From Octopus vulgaris (taxonomy: Eukaryota), in the NCBI GenBank assembly GCA_951406725.2, contig OX597818.1, positions 67,890,001-67,954,000 of the forward strand: 64,000 bases of DNA, read 5' to 3'. The notes below the pieces were generated by a model. That model saw nothing but the letters and a program-made list of their open reading frames with translations, was not told where the DNA came from and searched no databases. Made by a program: the position numbers and the translations under genes. This document shows, one piece after another, positions 42,718 through 56,319 of this stretch (its first letter is position 1; every line of letters begins with the position of its first letter).

Positions 42718-42900
42718 ATGATGTTGCTTCATCTTAACTGGTGGTAGCCGACCCATCAACACACACAGTACTCCCATCACACAGCAGAATCATTCTGCTG
42801 ATGAGCCCTCCCGAGACTCTTAAGACCGGCTGCTGACTGACAGGGTTTAATACACAAGTGACAGATATTATTCAAGCTACTTCTATATCTTTGCCTTTTG
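42718..42900 (-). mobile_element. RTE-type LINE 3' end with zinc finger
   Basis: KRQRYRSSLNNICHLCIKPCQSAAGLKSLGRAH. Confidence 0.55.
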
Positions 42901-43512
42901 GAATCTGATTTGGAAGGTATATTTTGTGAACTAGCATATTTTTTGAAGTCCAGATATTGCCATACACGTTTTGTGATATATGACATAATCATTGATAGGA
43001 TTCGTTTGAATCAAAGCATTATAATATTCAGGACACAAAGTGAGGATCGACATCTGCACATGTGTGTATATACCAAGTACAAATACGTCTATATGTACCC
43101 ATGCATATATCCCTACATATCTACACAGACAAATATACACACACTTATGAATGTACACGTACATGAAAATATATAACCGAACACACTGACATACATCTTC
43201 GTGATCCAATGTCAGTTCCAAATCAAGAGTAGGGAAGGTTCCAGGTACGGTGTTTACACAAAAGAACACAGATGGGTTGAAGATTCACATGCATGCATAT
43301 CCACATCTATGGACACATACATGTTTATATCTATGGGTGAACGTATATACAAACATGCACGCACAAACATATACATATGTACAGATATATATATATACAT
43401 ATATATGCATGTATTCATACATACGCGCATGTATCTACTTATAAACTTATATATAAATATAAATGAGAAAGTGATGTTATGCCTAGAATGAAGTCATATA
43501 TTATACAGCAGT

Positions 43513-43573
<61 letters not shown>

Positions 43574-43578
<5 letters not shown>

Positions 43579-44035
43579 ATAATTTGATAGACTTTGATCT
43601 ACCAAATTATCACCGTGTAGGGAGTGGGGCACTATGTTTTTGTTCATGCAATACTTAAAACGCCATTTATACATTTAATATACTCCTGAAACGGCCGTAG
43701 ATGATATCCTTTATGTGAATTTACCAGAATTTGTATATTTAACGTATTTAATAATTTTTACCAACTTTATTTATCCCTGAATGTTTAAATTTTGAAATCT
43801 CATCCGACAATTCATATAAACATACAATACTGGGACCGTTCCGTTGGGAAGCACTCACTTTCGATTTTTCTCTTTATATTTGTCACTTCTCCATTCGGTA
43901 CCTGAACCTAACGTGCGAGACACATCGTTTTTACATATAAAGTTTACCTTTAATTTTATTCACTTATTTATATAAATTTATGTTTATATTTATTTCGTTG
44001 TGTATTTTAAATAATGCTTTGGAATTTCTCCTATC
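43574..44035 (+). mobile_element. (TA)n-embedded non-coding element with degenerate hammerhead
   Basis: tatcacc..ggagt....actcct-GAAAC-GGCC-GTA-gatgata (43608-43706); the catalytic core is decayed. Confidence 0.55.
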
Positions 44036-44041
44036 CTTATA

Positions 44042-44078
<37 letters not shown>

Positions 44079-44288
44079 GTGTGTGTGTGTGTGTGTGTGT
44101 GTACATGCATACATTCATACATACATACAGTTACTCACTTATCTAACGCTTAACGGTGCAATTATTTACACATTGTCTGGGCAAATAATGAGTGAAAAAC
44201 GATCGACGATGTTATGTGGTATCTCTATGTGTGAGTGAATGATAGAATTTGTTCCTATTTCCATACTCAGATATGTTCATCATATACA

Positions 44289-44324
<36 letters not shown>

Positions 44325-45070
44325 CACAGATACACAAACACGCAAGCGCACACGTGCACATATATATTTTATCCAAATGTATTCATTCATAAATACACGT
44401 ATACACATATATGTTTGTATGTATAAATCAATAGATCTATCTATCTGTGTGTGTGTGTGTGTGTGTGTGTGCGTATCCACACATGCGGTTTAGTTATGTG
44501 CATGTCAATATATACGCATATATCAACACGCCAGCTCCATTCCCAGCGATATCTCATACAACCTCCTACGTCAGTCGTTCAGGTGAAACACTAACAGTAA
44601 GAATCTGCTTTCTGCTGCAACGATCGACAATGACTGAAACATGTAAATTTACATTCTCATCAGTCGATACCTATACACTTCATCGTCTCCCAAATGTGCA
44701 AAATATCACAAATTCTATTCCGGTGATGTCCGACAGCAGTTTAGTTATCACTAGATTCTTGTGCCCAAGTCCCAATGCATTCATACAGAATCTGTTAGAA
44801 ATACCATTGGCTAACATTTGTACGTCATCACCTGTAACTCAATCCGACATCTTGCTAAGCAGCCTTATTCATGTGTGATTGCGATAAATTTCTCAAAGAA
44901 ATATTCTAGCAAATATCTTGCAACTTGATGTGTTTCTCCAAAGCATTAAAATCTTTGTTCAACTGTGCTGTATTGATCGGTGGCATCTTTTGGTATAAAC
45001 AAGATTATAAAAGTCACTGACGACATAGAGAAATTATGTTAGATAACGATGGAACAAAATGTCGCACAAG

Positions 45071-45105
<35 letters not shown>

Positions 45106-45132
45106 TTCTGCTCTCTTTCTCTCTTACTCTCA

Positions 45133-45238
<106 letters not shown>

Positions 45239-45268
45239 TCTATGTATCTATGTATGTATATGTATATG

Positions 45269-45305
<37 letters not shown>

Positions 45306-46720
45306 TAATATAATACTTATATTTTTAGAGATAGCCGTAGATATATATGCATATGTACATGTGTATGTATAGAAATATATATACATATATACATATTCAT
45401 CCATCTATTCACCCATACATACATTCAGCCTAATATAAAGCTAATTCAGCCACAGCCTATACAGTTTCACTTTGGAACTTTAAACAGATGTGTACCCATT
45501 ACTTATTTCCTACTCAAAACATTTGCGTTTTCTTTACATGTCATCATCTATCACACGTCACAGTTAAATTCTCTTGACTTTTTCCCGACCCACAAATATT
45601 TATTATTTGTGCAATACTGTAATTAATAATACAGCCGACAAGAAAATTGCAGCTAAGATCTAGTTAATGTCGGGTTTCAATACTTGTTTGCATTAATTTC
45701 TCTTCTTGGGGATGAGAATGACCTCTGACCTTTACATTTTATTTTGTACTTTTCGCAATATTATGATATTAAATATTATGATCAAACAAGTATTTTCATA
45801 CTATCCGCAATCCCCAGGTTTATATTTTATCAGTATTAACTCATGGTTATGTTTCAAAAGTGATATGCGAAAGAGAAAGTTTCTAATTGTCCTTTAAATA
45901 CTTTCCAGTAGATTACGGTAATCTATGTCATACAAATAGTATTTTAATCAGTTTGTGGCGACGGCTAAGCCACACGTTGATTGGTTCAAACTCTTCGTAG
46001 GATACAATTTGCTGGAGTCTAGTGGGAATTATTTAAAAGGCAAAGCAACCATTACACTGCAGTTATCAATTATGAAATTCAACTGTCGTTTAATATTGTT
46101 TCTCTATAAGCTTCAAGACATCCGAAAGCATGAAAATACGACTTTTATCGTAATATGTAATATTGTAAAATTGTGAAAGCTAAAAAACGTTATGTAAAAG
46201 TCATATTTTGAATGTCATTGACTTATATACATATCAAATGTATTTGATAAAATATAAAAGAGGATATGGTACTGAAGTATGTTTTGAGATTATTTTTACT
46301 ATTGTTCTTTAGTCCGACAGAAGAAGTACTTCTATATTTGTAACGTTCAATGAGTTCTTTTTTAGATATAACCGATTTTGATGTTTATGACCGTGCAATC
46401 AAATATAAGGAATTAGGAAATAAAAATTAAAAATTTAGAAATCAAAATAGTTTGTTGTCATATTATGTGCATAGATAAGTACTTGCTCTTCAAACATGCC
46501 TGTAACTACTTCCAGAATATGAACGGGAGCTGTTTTAATTTCGAATATTTAATTTTTATTTCTTAATTACTTCATTCGAATTTCTGATATTTGATAATAT
46601 AGATGTAAAAGTCGAAATATATATACGAACTCGTAATATTTGTAACAATGTTTAAAATATGAAAGTACATTTCCTGTTCCATTAGAAAAGAGATGTAAAA
46701 AGGAATCTCTAAACATTTTA

Positions 46721-46763
<43 letters not shown>

Positions 46764-46860
46764 ATTATTATGGAATAAATCCAAACTTACAGGGAAAAAT
46801 CAGATGTATTGGCTTAAGTCTTTCATTGTTTGATTTGCCTAATAGTGGTTTTGTCTCTAA

Positions 46861-46938
<78 letters not shown>

Positions 46939-46940
<2 letters not shown>

Positions 46941-47300
46941 AGGCGCAATGGCCCAGTGGTGAGGGCAGCGGATCGCGGTTTCGATTCCCAGACCGGGCGT
47001 TGTGAGTGTTTATTGAGCGAAAACACCTAAAGCTCCACGAGGCTCCGCCAGGGGATGGTGGTGATCCCTGCTGTACTCTTTCACCACAACTTTCTCTCAC
47101 TCTTACTTCCTGTTTCTGTTGTACCTGTATTTCAAAGGGCCGGCCTTGTCACTCTCTGTGTCACGCTGAATATCCCCGAGAACTACGTTAAGGGTACACG
47201 TGTCTGTGGAGTGCTCAGCCACTTACACGTTAATTTCACGAGCAGGCTGTTCCGTTGATTCGGATCAACCGGAACCTTCGTCGTCGTAACCGACGGAGTG
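46939..47300 (+). mobile_element. tRNA-derived SINE family D, near full length
   Basis: GGAGGCGCAATGGCCCAGTGG..GGTTTCGATTCCCAGACCGGGCG head; body shared with 26345-26712. Confidence 0.88.
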
Positions 47301-47312
47301 TTTCTTAAAAAA

Positions 47313-47362
<50 letters not shown>

Positions 47363-47364
47363 TT

Positions 47365-47580
47365 ATAAATCCCCCCAAAACGAAGAACAAATACAATAAG
47401 AAAAAGAAACAACATCGCGAGGACGTGGTAAATGCAAAGTATTAGAAGAGGCTCAGGGAAGGAAACAATGGCAGATTTACTTTACGAGCAAAGCTCTTCG
47501 TCAAAAAGAGGAGACGGAGGAAAGTCCAAAAGAAAAAGAACAGGGAGGAAAAAATCGCCAACGATCTCCATGTAGTTATA

Positions 47581-47585
<5 letters not shown>
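47365..47585 (-). mobile_element. Decayed copy of the 53862-54062 hammerhead family
   Basis: Shares cgcgaggacgtg..gtatta..gctcagg..gagc..agctcttcgtc..aaaaaatcg. Confidence 0.7.
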
Positions 47586-47622
<37 letters not shown>

Positions 47623-47808
47623 GAATTACACGCACACATACGTGTCTCTGTGAACTGGTATGGAACAGTGAGAATGCGTGCTCAACACCACTTTGTTGAA
47701 TACATGTTCCTTATTTGTGGATTAACTAACAAAGCAATCAATAGTTTCATTTAAAGAGATCTTCATAAGAAAACATTAGGTGCCTTGTTAATCCACAAGA
47801 ATTCTATC

Positions 47809-47848
<40 letters not shown>

Positions 47849-47874
47849 CACACATATATATATATGTATATGTA

Positions 47875-48245
47875 TTCTCTCTCTTTACTCTATTACTTGT
47901 TTCAGTCATTTGACTGCGGCCATGCTGGAGCACCGCCATTAGTCAAGCAAATCGACTTCAGGACTTATTCTTTGGAAACCTAGTACTTATTCTATCGGTC
48001 TCTTTTACCAAACCGCTAAGTTGCGGGGACGTAAACAAACAACCATCGGTTGTCAAGAGATGTTGGGGGACAAACAAAGATATACAAAAATATACACACT
48101 CATACATATATAAATACATATATACGACGAGCTTCTTTAAGTTTCCGTCTACCAAATCCACTCACAAGTCTTTGGTCGGTCCGAGGCTATAGTAGAAGAC
48201 ACTAGCCCATGGTGCCACGCAGTGGGACTGAACTCGGTACCATAT
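47875..48245 (-). mobile_element. SINE family B (young)
   Basis: Clear reverse complement of the family B consensus. Confidence 0.85.
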
Positions 48246-48309
48246 ATCTATATATACATGCATATATATTTATATATGGGTATGTATATATGTATGCATG
48301 TATGTATGT

Positions 48310-48525
48310 AAAGGCGGCGAGCTGGCAGGAACGTTAGCACGCCGGGCGAAATGCATAGCGGTATTTCGTCTGTCATTACGTTCTGAGTTTAAATTCCGCT
48401 GAGATCGACTTTGCCTTTCATTCATTCGGGGTCGATAAATTAAGTACCAGTTGCTTATTGGTGTCGATCTAATCGACTGACACCCGCCCCAAGAATTTTC
48501 GGCCTTGTGCCTGGAGTAGAAAATT
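48310..48525 (+). mobile_element. SINE family A
   Basis: aaggcggcgagctggcaggaacgttagcacgccgggcgaaatg... Another copy lies at 58478-58690. Confidence 0.88.
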
Positions 48526-48678
48526 ATGTATGTATGTTTGCATGTATGTATGTATGTATGCATGTATATTTGTATGTATGTATGTATGTATGTATGTATG
48601 TATGTATGTATGTATGTATGTATGTATGTATGTGTGTGTATGTATATATGTATGTATGTATGTATGTATGAACGTATG

Positions 48679-48712
<34 letters not shown>

Positions 48713-49945
48713 TGTATGTGTATGTATGTATGTATGTATGTATGAACGTATGTATGTATGTATGTATGTATGTATGTATGTATGTATGTATGTATGTATG
48801 TATGTATGTGTGTGTGTATGTATGAATGAATGAATGCATGTATCTTTTACAGTTAGAATGGCATTTTCCAGATTTTTTTGATTAATGGATCACCACCAGA
48901 TTTGGTGTCTGCATTTTTTTGTCCTTCTGACGCTTCATTCTTAAACTTTCTTTTGGATATGATGTCAGTGTGGTTCTTCATGAATTCCTGCAGTACCTAT
49001 GCCACACAATTTCACTATTTAATTATTGCAATACCTACATATCAAAAAATATGTCACAATGCACTACGTCCTACACACATCATGCAACCTTTAGAATATC
49101 TATAGCACAATCAGTGAATATATATATAGCACTAGCTATAGAATATTAATAGTATATATCTATAGCACATTCAGTGAATATTATGCCTCACTATTTAACT
49201 GTGGATATGACGTTGTTACCAAAATATTTACTCATGACACTCCATGCATCATATCCACTTATCCTTTGTCTCAGAGCTAAATGATTTTATATACTACGAC
49301 GACTGAAAAACAGCAAACTTTTCACATATTCCCGTTTGTCTGGCACCTAATCATACATCAACTTCGAGCGATTTTGTCCATTTTGTTCATATCTATTTCG
49401 CCCAGCGTGACAAGCCAGCACGTTGTGGTCATTGAGGAATCTTCTGAATAAAAGGAAACTAAAAGAAAAATAACCTACGATACTCTACCATAGCAACAAG
49501 TGCAATTTTAGTATTAACAGACCTATGAATATATCATCATCTTCATCATTTCCAGTCTTGAAAGGATCAGATAGACATCGTGGAGGCGTAAATTCTATAG
49601 TCAGATGGCCTTCTTACTGCCAACCGTAAGCTATGTCGGGAAAGCAAAATTGATAAGAAAGGACAACGTTTACAGTACCACGATAGTCACACATATCGCT
49701 CAATGTTAAGACTAGGAAACGTAAACGCAAATACACACACATACACATTAGCAAATATAACAATCCATGTATCTCTCGCTATATATATAGAGAGAGAGAG
49801 AATATACATACACAAACACACACATTCGACACACGACAATTTTCTTTCTAGGAAATGCATTCACACAATTTGCTAGGCCTGGGGCTTTAGCAGGGGCTTC
49901 TTGTCTGAATTTCACCGCAGTGGAACTAATCACGATATATATATA

Positions 49946-50024
<79 letters not shown>

Positions 50025-50358
50025 GCGTACACAAATTCTTACAAACGTACATATATATTCTATACACATGTGCGCGCCCATGAGTGTGTATGCACTTCTG
50101 TTTTTGCACAAGTCTATCTGTTTTGTAATATATGTTGTCACATTGTGAAACAGATTTATTAATGTGGAAACCATTAACAAAACAGCACATAAGATTAGCC
50201 CGAAGCTGCAGACCAAGTTTTATGAAAACTTATCTAAATTTAGCTGCTAGACCTACTTAAAGCGTCTGAAAAAATAATGTATTATTTACTTTCAGCAAAG
50301 TTTGAATGTTGCTATAGCTAATAATAATAATAATAACAATAATAATAATAATAATAAC

Positions 50359-50409
<51 letters not shown>

Positions 50410-50476
50410 TCTTATCGGGATAAATCTTAATCATTTATAGAAATAGGTATTTTGTTTTCGCAATATATATATATAT

Positions 50477-50569
<93 letters not shown>

Positions 50570-50729
50570 TGTATACATATATATATATATACATATATAT
50601 ATACTCACATATATATACATATATATATATATACACATACGCCTATATATATATAAGTACATATGTAAGTATATATATGCATATATATAAATATGTGTGT
50701 TCGTTTGTGTGCATGCATACGTATATGTA

Positions 50730-50784
<55 letters not shown>

Positions 50785-51492
50785 ATATCTATGTATATAT
50801 ATATATGTGTGTGTTTATACATATATTTATGTGTACCATTTTTTGTATTATAATTGTAAAGACCGTCTTCGTCGTCTGTCGTAAATCTCTATTCGTATCG
50901 AGGAAGATTTATAGGATTTCAAATGAGATTATCATGGCTGGAATATTTTTGTCTGTTCAGTCCAGGCTGACCTGGGGATAAACAACAACACCTACGTCAA
51001 CAATCACAAAAGTACTAATGATCTCAAGGCCACAATATTTTTCTTGGCTTCTATTGACTACTGTTCGTTATAGAAACCAACAAGGAATACTTTTTATGGG
51101 CAACAGTCACGTTTTTATTTGCGGCCAAATTCCACTCAAATCGTGCGAAAGTAATAGACACACAGAGTAATGTAACATCCACATAGACATACAAGTTAGA
51201 ATGGTCAAAGGTGGGCGCCTCTGATCAAAGTTCTACTTGATCTGCACTGAGCTACAGCTAAAGAGAAACAATTAACCTTTTATAATCTATGCGAATTCAT
51301 TTGTAATATAATGAGATTCTTTCCTTTTCTCATGATATACAGTATTAGGTTTTTTAAATGCCTTGACTATGGAAAGGATTTGAAGACGTTATTGGTCTTT
51401 TGAGCACAATGAAAATATCTATAAATGAAGGTAACAAACAACATTTATATAACATTATTTCTACCTGTCTTACAAAAAATACTAATCATTTA

Positions 51493-51775
51493 TAGCAAAG
51501 GTTCTAAACGGGTTCCATATGCCACCCCACCACTGAGAGCCATTTTGAACTCCAGGGGGCGTTTGGGAGCAAAGGGGCACTAGGTGGCGTTAAGAGACTT
51601 GGGGGTGCTAGGGGTTGCTGGAAGACCCTTGTCTTTAGTATGTTTAATTTGAAATTAACGTGTAGTAGCCATATTTTCACATCTCTGCGAGAGTCAGTTT
51701 TAAAGAAACCATGCTGTTTCTTTCAAATTTTCAAAAACTTCAAAAACATTTTTTCCACTTTGAGAACACCTAGGT
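51493..51775. mobile_element. Possible hAT/Charlie-like MITE
   Basis: Ends caaaggttctaaac ... tttgagaacaccta resemble CAGTGGTTCTCAAA-type TIRs. Confidence 0.4.
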
Positions 51776-52800
51776 TCCTCGTTCCATGTGTAACTGGTGT
51801 CGCTAAAGTGAAACCCCCAAAGCAAAACAAAAACCTAAAATAGATGAATAGTGATAGACAATTAAAAGAAAAAGTAATGAAAGCGAAAAGCTGAATGTGT
51901 GTATTATGTGTGTGTGTGTGTGTGAAAATATATTAAAAAATGGTGGTCAGGATTTTGGATCAAACTGGCTCTTGGAAGTGGCTGATAGGTATGTGTTTGT
52001 GAATATGTGTGTATGTATGGGTATGTTTGTATGTATAATATTGCGTGTGTTGCTGTTTTGAATTCCTTTCTGCGATTGAACTGAAATTGACCCTTGGCTA
52101 TTAAAGACCTTACCACGCACGTACACACGTTTGTTTAAGGTTTTGTACCCATTTGAACTGCTGCTATACATCAGATAACTTGGTAGGGTTTATGATCTGA
52201 AATTTAAATTTTGACTTTGTTTTAATCATAAAATTACACACCAGCTAAAAAACACAACTTTTGGCTTTGGAAAACAGAACATTTTCTCTCTCTTAATATA
52301 TTTTTTATTAAATTAGTATTTTTCTATTTTGATCAGGATTTCCCAATTTCCTGTATCAAGCAATGGACAGAGAAGCATTTACAAAAAATTAAATTCATAG
52401 AGTCGAACAAAATCAAAGCGTTAATTTTAATCGTAATGATGTAGAGGAGTAAACATTTTCCGTTTCCTTAATACTAACAAGAGCATGGTATGAGGGAGAT
52501 TTGGCTGTTATTTCTAGCAAATTCAACAACCACGAAGAGTGTGCCTCATTAGCTCATTTTTTGATGTGCATAAGTAAACAAAAACTAACGGGAAAACAGA
52601 CACTAGTAAACACACAGACACACATATACCCACCCAACACACACACGTATCCATCTATCTATCTACCTACCTACCAATCTGTCTTTCTATATATATATAT
52701 ATATAAAATTAAATAACGGTAGAAATAGATATTAATCAATTAAAACTAGTGGCCTAGCATATTTAAAAAGAAAATCCGAAGATAAAAAATAATTTTACAT

Positions 52801-52997
52801 ACAAAATTTAGAGGAATGACCACTAATAGTGGACAGCCTGTATGCTAGAAATAGACGTCAAACTCGTCATTTACCACGAAGAATGTGTTCTCAAGAAAAC
52901 ATTCAGCAAAGAACACATTCTTCGTGGTAAATGTCGAGTTTGACGTCTATTTCTAGCATACGGGTTGTCCACTATTAGTGGTCATTCCTCTAAATTT

Positions 52998-53000
<3 letters not shown>
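52801..53000. repeat. Foldback: 91-bp inverted arms, 18-nt spacer, inside a (TA)n-flanked insert
   Basis: 52801-52891 versus 52910-53000, with few mismatches. Confidence 0.93.
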
Positions 53001-53037
<37 letters not shown>

Positions 53038-53040
<3 letters not shown>

Positions 53041-53821
53041 GTTCTTGGAATCTCCACTTATAGAAAATGGAAAAAACGGTCTTTGACTGCCATTTCTAAT
53101 TCCTTCGGTATGAGGCGAAACAGCCTGCTGCTAGCCACCTTATTTTCTTTACTATATACTGAACCTTACAAAGGTCCTGACAATTAATTTGTCGTATTTA
53201 CATACCGAAATTTACCGGTAAATAATCGTTGGTTACATGAAAAACCACAGAAAATTATTTACCATTTTTATTTTATTACCATGTGGATTCCTCATTCCAT
53301 TACGATTACCCAGAAGGCGCGCATGGCAGAATTTTGGAGGGAAAATTTACGTTCCCAGTCGTTACTTAGTTTTAACATCTGCGCACTTCCCCCCACTATC
53401 TGATGTCGTTGGGTCAGAAGTGAGGGCTGGTGGCATTTGGTGAAGCTATCGAATATAGCGCTGATGACGGAATTCAAACTACTTTTTCTATGTTTGTGAT
53501 CCAGAAACACGGTGTTCGCTATTAACGGTAAGTGACCGCTTTCGTATATTTGCCACTCCGATTTTGTGTATGTGAGCCGTAAGGGCCTTCGTTTTTGGAA
53601 TCTCCACTTATAGAAAATGGAATAAACGGTCTTTGACTGCCATTTCTAATTCCTTCGGTATGAGGCGAAACAGCCTGCTGCTAGCCACCTTATTTTCTTT
53701 ACTATATACTGAACCTTACAAAGGTCCTGACAATTAATTTGTCGTATTTACATACCGAAATTTACCGGTAAATAATCGTTGGTTACATGAAAAACCACAG
53801 AAAATTATTTACCATTTTTAT

Positions 53822-53822
<1 letters not shown>
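53038..53822 (+). mobile_element. (TA)n-flanked 550-bp-period partial tandem element (retrozyme/pLTR-like)
   Basis: 53038-53272 is repeated at 53588-53822 (235 bp, about 2 mismatches). Contains the hammerhead at 53455-53522. Confidence 0.85.
53455..53522 (+). ncRNA. Type I hammerhead ribozyme motif
   Basis: atagcg-CTGATGA-cggaattcaaac..gtttgtgatcca-GAAAC-ACGGT-GTT-cgctat; perfect 6-bp stem I. Confidence 0.8.
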
Positions 53823-53865
<43 letters not shown>

Positions 53866-53955
53866 ATCCAAAGAAGAAAACACAAAAAAACACAACAACG
53901 CGAGGACGTGAACAAATAAAGTATTATTGGACGCTCAGGAAAGAAGGAAAGGAGG

Positions 53956-53990
53956 GTTTAACGTTTCGAGCGGAGCTCTTCGTCGGAAAC
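53956..53990 (-). ncRNA. Minimal hammerhead-like motif (U4C core variant, zero-loop stem III)
   Basis: Minus strand: gttt-CCGACGA-a-gagc-tcc-gctc-GAAAC-GTT-aaac, within element 53862-54062. Confidence 0.6.
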
Positions 53991-54339
53991 ATAGGAGAAG
54001 GAAAGATCCCGAGAAGGGAAGACAGAGGAAAAAAATCGTCAGCGGTACTCACGAGGTCACATATTGAAAGACCGGAAGTAGAAAGGTGGAAGAATAATGT
54101 TTTTTTTAAAGACAGGAGAGTTTTCAAAGACAGTAGGTAGTATGTCAAAGACAAGGAAAGTGAGAGGGGGAATGTGTGTGGATGTGTGCGTGCGCGGAGG
54201 TCTGCGTGTGCGCGTGTGTGTATGTGTGCAATGATGAAACGTGTGTGCGTATATGTGTGTAGGGCGAACAAATGACTAGTAGTTGGCCAGTAGTAAGAAT
54301 AAGGAGTGGTGTTTTTTGTGTCCAGCCACAGGTCAAAAC

Positions 54340-55440
54340 AAAGAGGTATGTGTGTGTGCGTGTATGTATATGTATCGTGTGTGTGTTTTGTTTGTAGTGT
54401 GTGTGTGTGTATGTGTGTGTTCGTGTGTGTATCCGTAGATTCTGGGTGTGTGGCGAGTAACTGTCCTTAACTTAGTGTATGTGTGCCTGTGTGCTTGTAC
54501 GTGCGTGTGTGTGTATATATATGTATGTATAATTGTGTGCGTGTATGTATAATTGTGTGCCGTGTGTATGGGAGGTATGTGTGGGTTCATTTGTGTGTGT
54601 GTATGTATGTGCGTGTAGTTATGTGTGCGTGTATGTGTGCGTTTGTATGTGTGTGTGTGTGTAAGCGTATATGGATGTATATGCGTGTATCCGTGAGGTT
54701 GTGAGTTTTGGGTGTGTGCATTGGTGTGCGTGTGTGCGTGCGTATGTGTGCGCATGTTTTTGTGTGCGTATATGTGTGTGTTTGTGCTTATATGTGTGTA
54801 CGTATGTGTATGTGTGCGTGCGCGTGTAGGTATATATTGTGTGTATGCATATGTGTCGGTGTGTATGTGAATTTGTGTGTGTTTGTACGTATGTATGTGT
54901 ATGTGCGTGTATTATATGTATATGTAAATGTGTGTGTGTGTGTATTTGCGTGTATGTGTACGTGCGTGCGAGTGAATGTATGTATACATGTGCGTGTGTG
55001 TACAAATGTAGAGGTTTATATGTGTGTATATATATGTATGCAAGTACACACTTTATAATTGAAAGATTGATGGAAAAAATTGGTATGGGTGTATGTGAAT
55101 CCACAGGCACACACACACACTGACACACACAATGCAGCCAACCCCATATGCATGCATGTATGTATGTATGTATGTATGTATGTGTTTGTGTATGTGCGTA
55201 TGTGTGTGTATATGTGTGTGTGCGTGTATGTATGTATGTATGAATGTATGTATGTGTGTGTGTGTACGTATGTATGTGTGTGTGTGGGGGATTCTTGAGT
55301 TGTGTGGGCGTAATGGACATGCGTGTGCTTGTGTGCGTGTGTGCGCTTACGTGCATGTATGCGTGTGTGTGTCTCTGCTAGGTGTTTATAAGAGTGTGTG
55401 TATCTGTATGAGTATTGTTTGTTGGTGTGTGTGCGCGTGA
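54340..55440. repeat. ~1.1-kb cryptic alternating purine-pyrimidine (GT/AT/GC) tract
   Basis: Directly visible. Confidence 0.9.
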
Positions 55441-56055
55441 TATATATATATATATATTTATGTATGTATGTATGTATGTATGTATGTATGTATGTATGTA
55501 TGTATGTATGTATGTATGTATGAATGGGCGGGATTAGAATGAAAGCACGTGCTGAAACCCCTCATAACATTTGTATTTTTACGAATTTTTACGAAATTGT
55601 TTCGATTCTGTCTTTTGCATAATGGAAATAATATGATTATGCAAAAAAAAAGAAAAACCTCGCATCCCACATTTTTTTCTTTTAATTCATGACTTCAAGA
55701 TACGGACAGTCCGAATCCACCATTCCTTTGTCTTTATCACTTCCAAATAATTTTTAAATATATTTGTGGAAGATAGTCAATTGACGGTCTTCACATAATC
55801 CTGTACTTTATATGTGAAATGCTAATGACATGCTGCATGTCCACCAGCAATATTAGCAGGCAGACAGCCGTGCAGTGGTACGACTTATTGTCCAAATAGA
55901 CGAAATTCTCATTTTAAGAGGAAAAAATGAAGTTGGAAGAGTGGTGAAGAAGATTTTGATACTTGTGATCGTCGTAACCGACGGTGTGCCAGCTCTTTTA
56001 TGTGTGTGTGTGTGTGTGCATGTATACACCCTCGTATACATAAATACATACATAA

Positions 56056-56127
<72 letters not shown>

Positions 56128-56245
56128 GTATATATATATATTCTCTAATTATAAGCATAATTTGGTTTTTGGATATTAGCTATTCGATGGCGCTTGGTCG
56201 AATGCATATTTTAATTATTAGTACTCTCAAATTTATAATTGAAAT

Positions 56246-56319
56246 ACTATACTGAAGACGGAAATAAGTGAGTAAAAATTAAATTTTACAACTCTTTAAT
56301 CCAGAAACGCGTATATAGT
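56246..56319 (+). ncRNA. Type I hammerhead ribozyme motif
   Basis: actata-CTGAAGA-cgga...tcca-GAAAC-GC-GTA-tatagt; 6-bp stem I and palindromic ACGCGT stem III. Lies in an AT-rich element at about 56140-56600. Confidence 0.8.

Noticed and set aside
46939-47000. tRNA gene
   Set aside because: The anticodon arm is deleted and the sequence continues into a SINE body.
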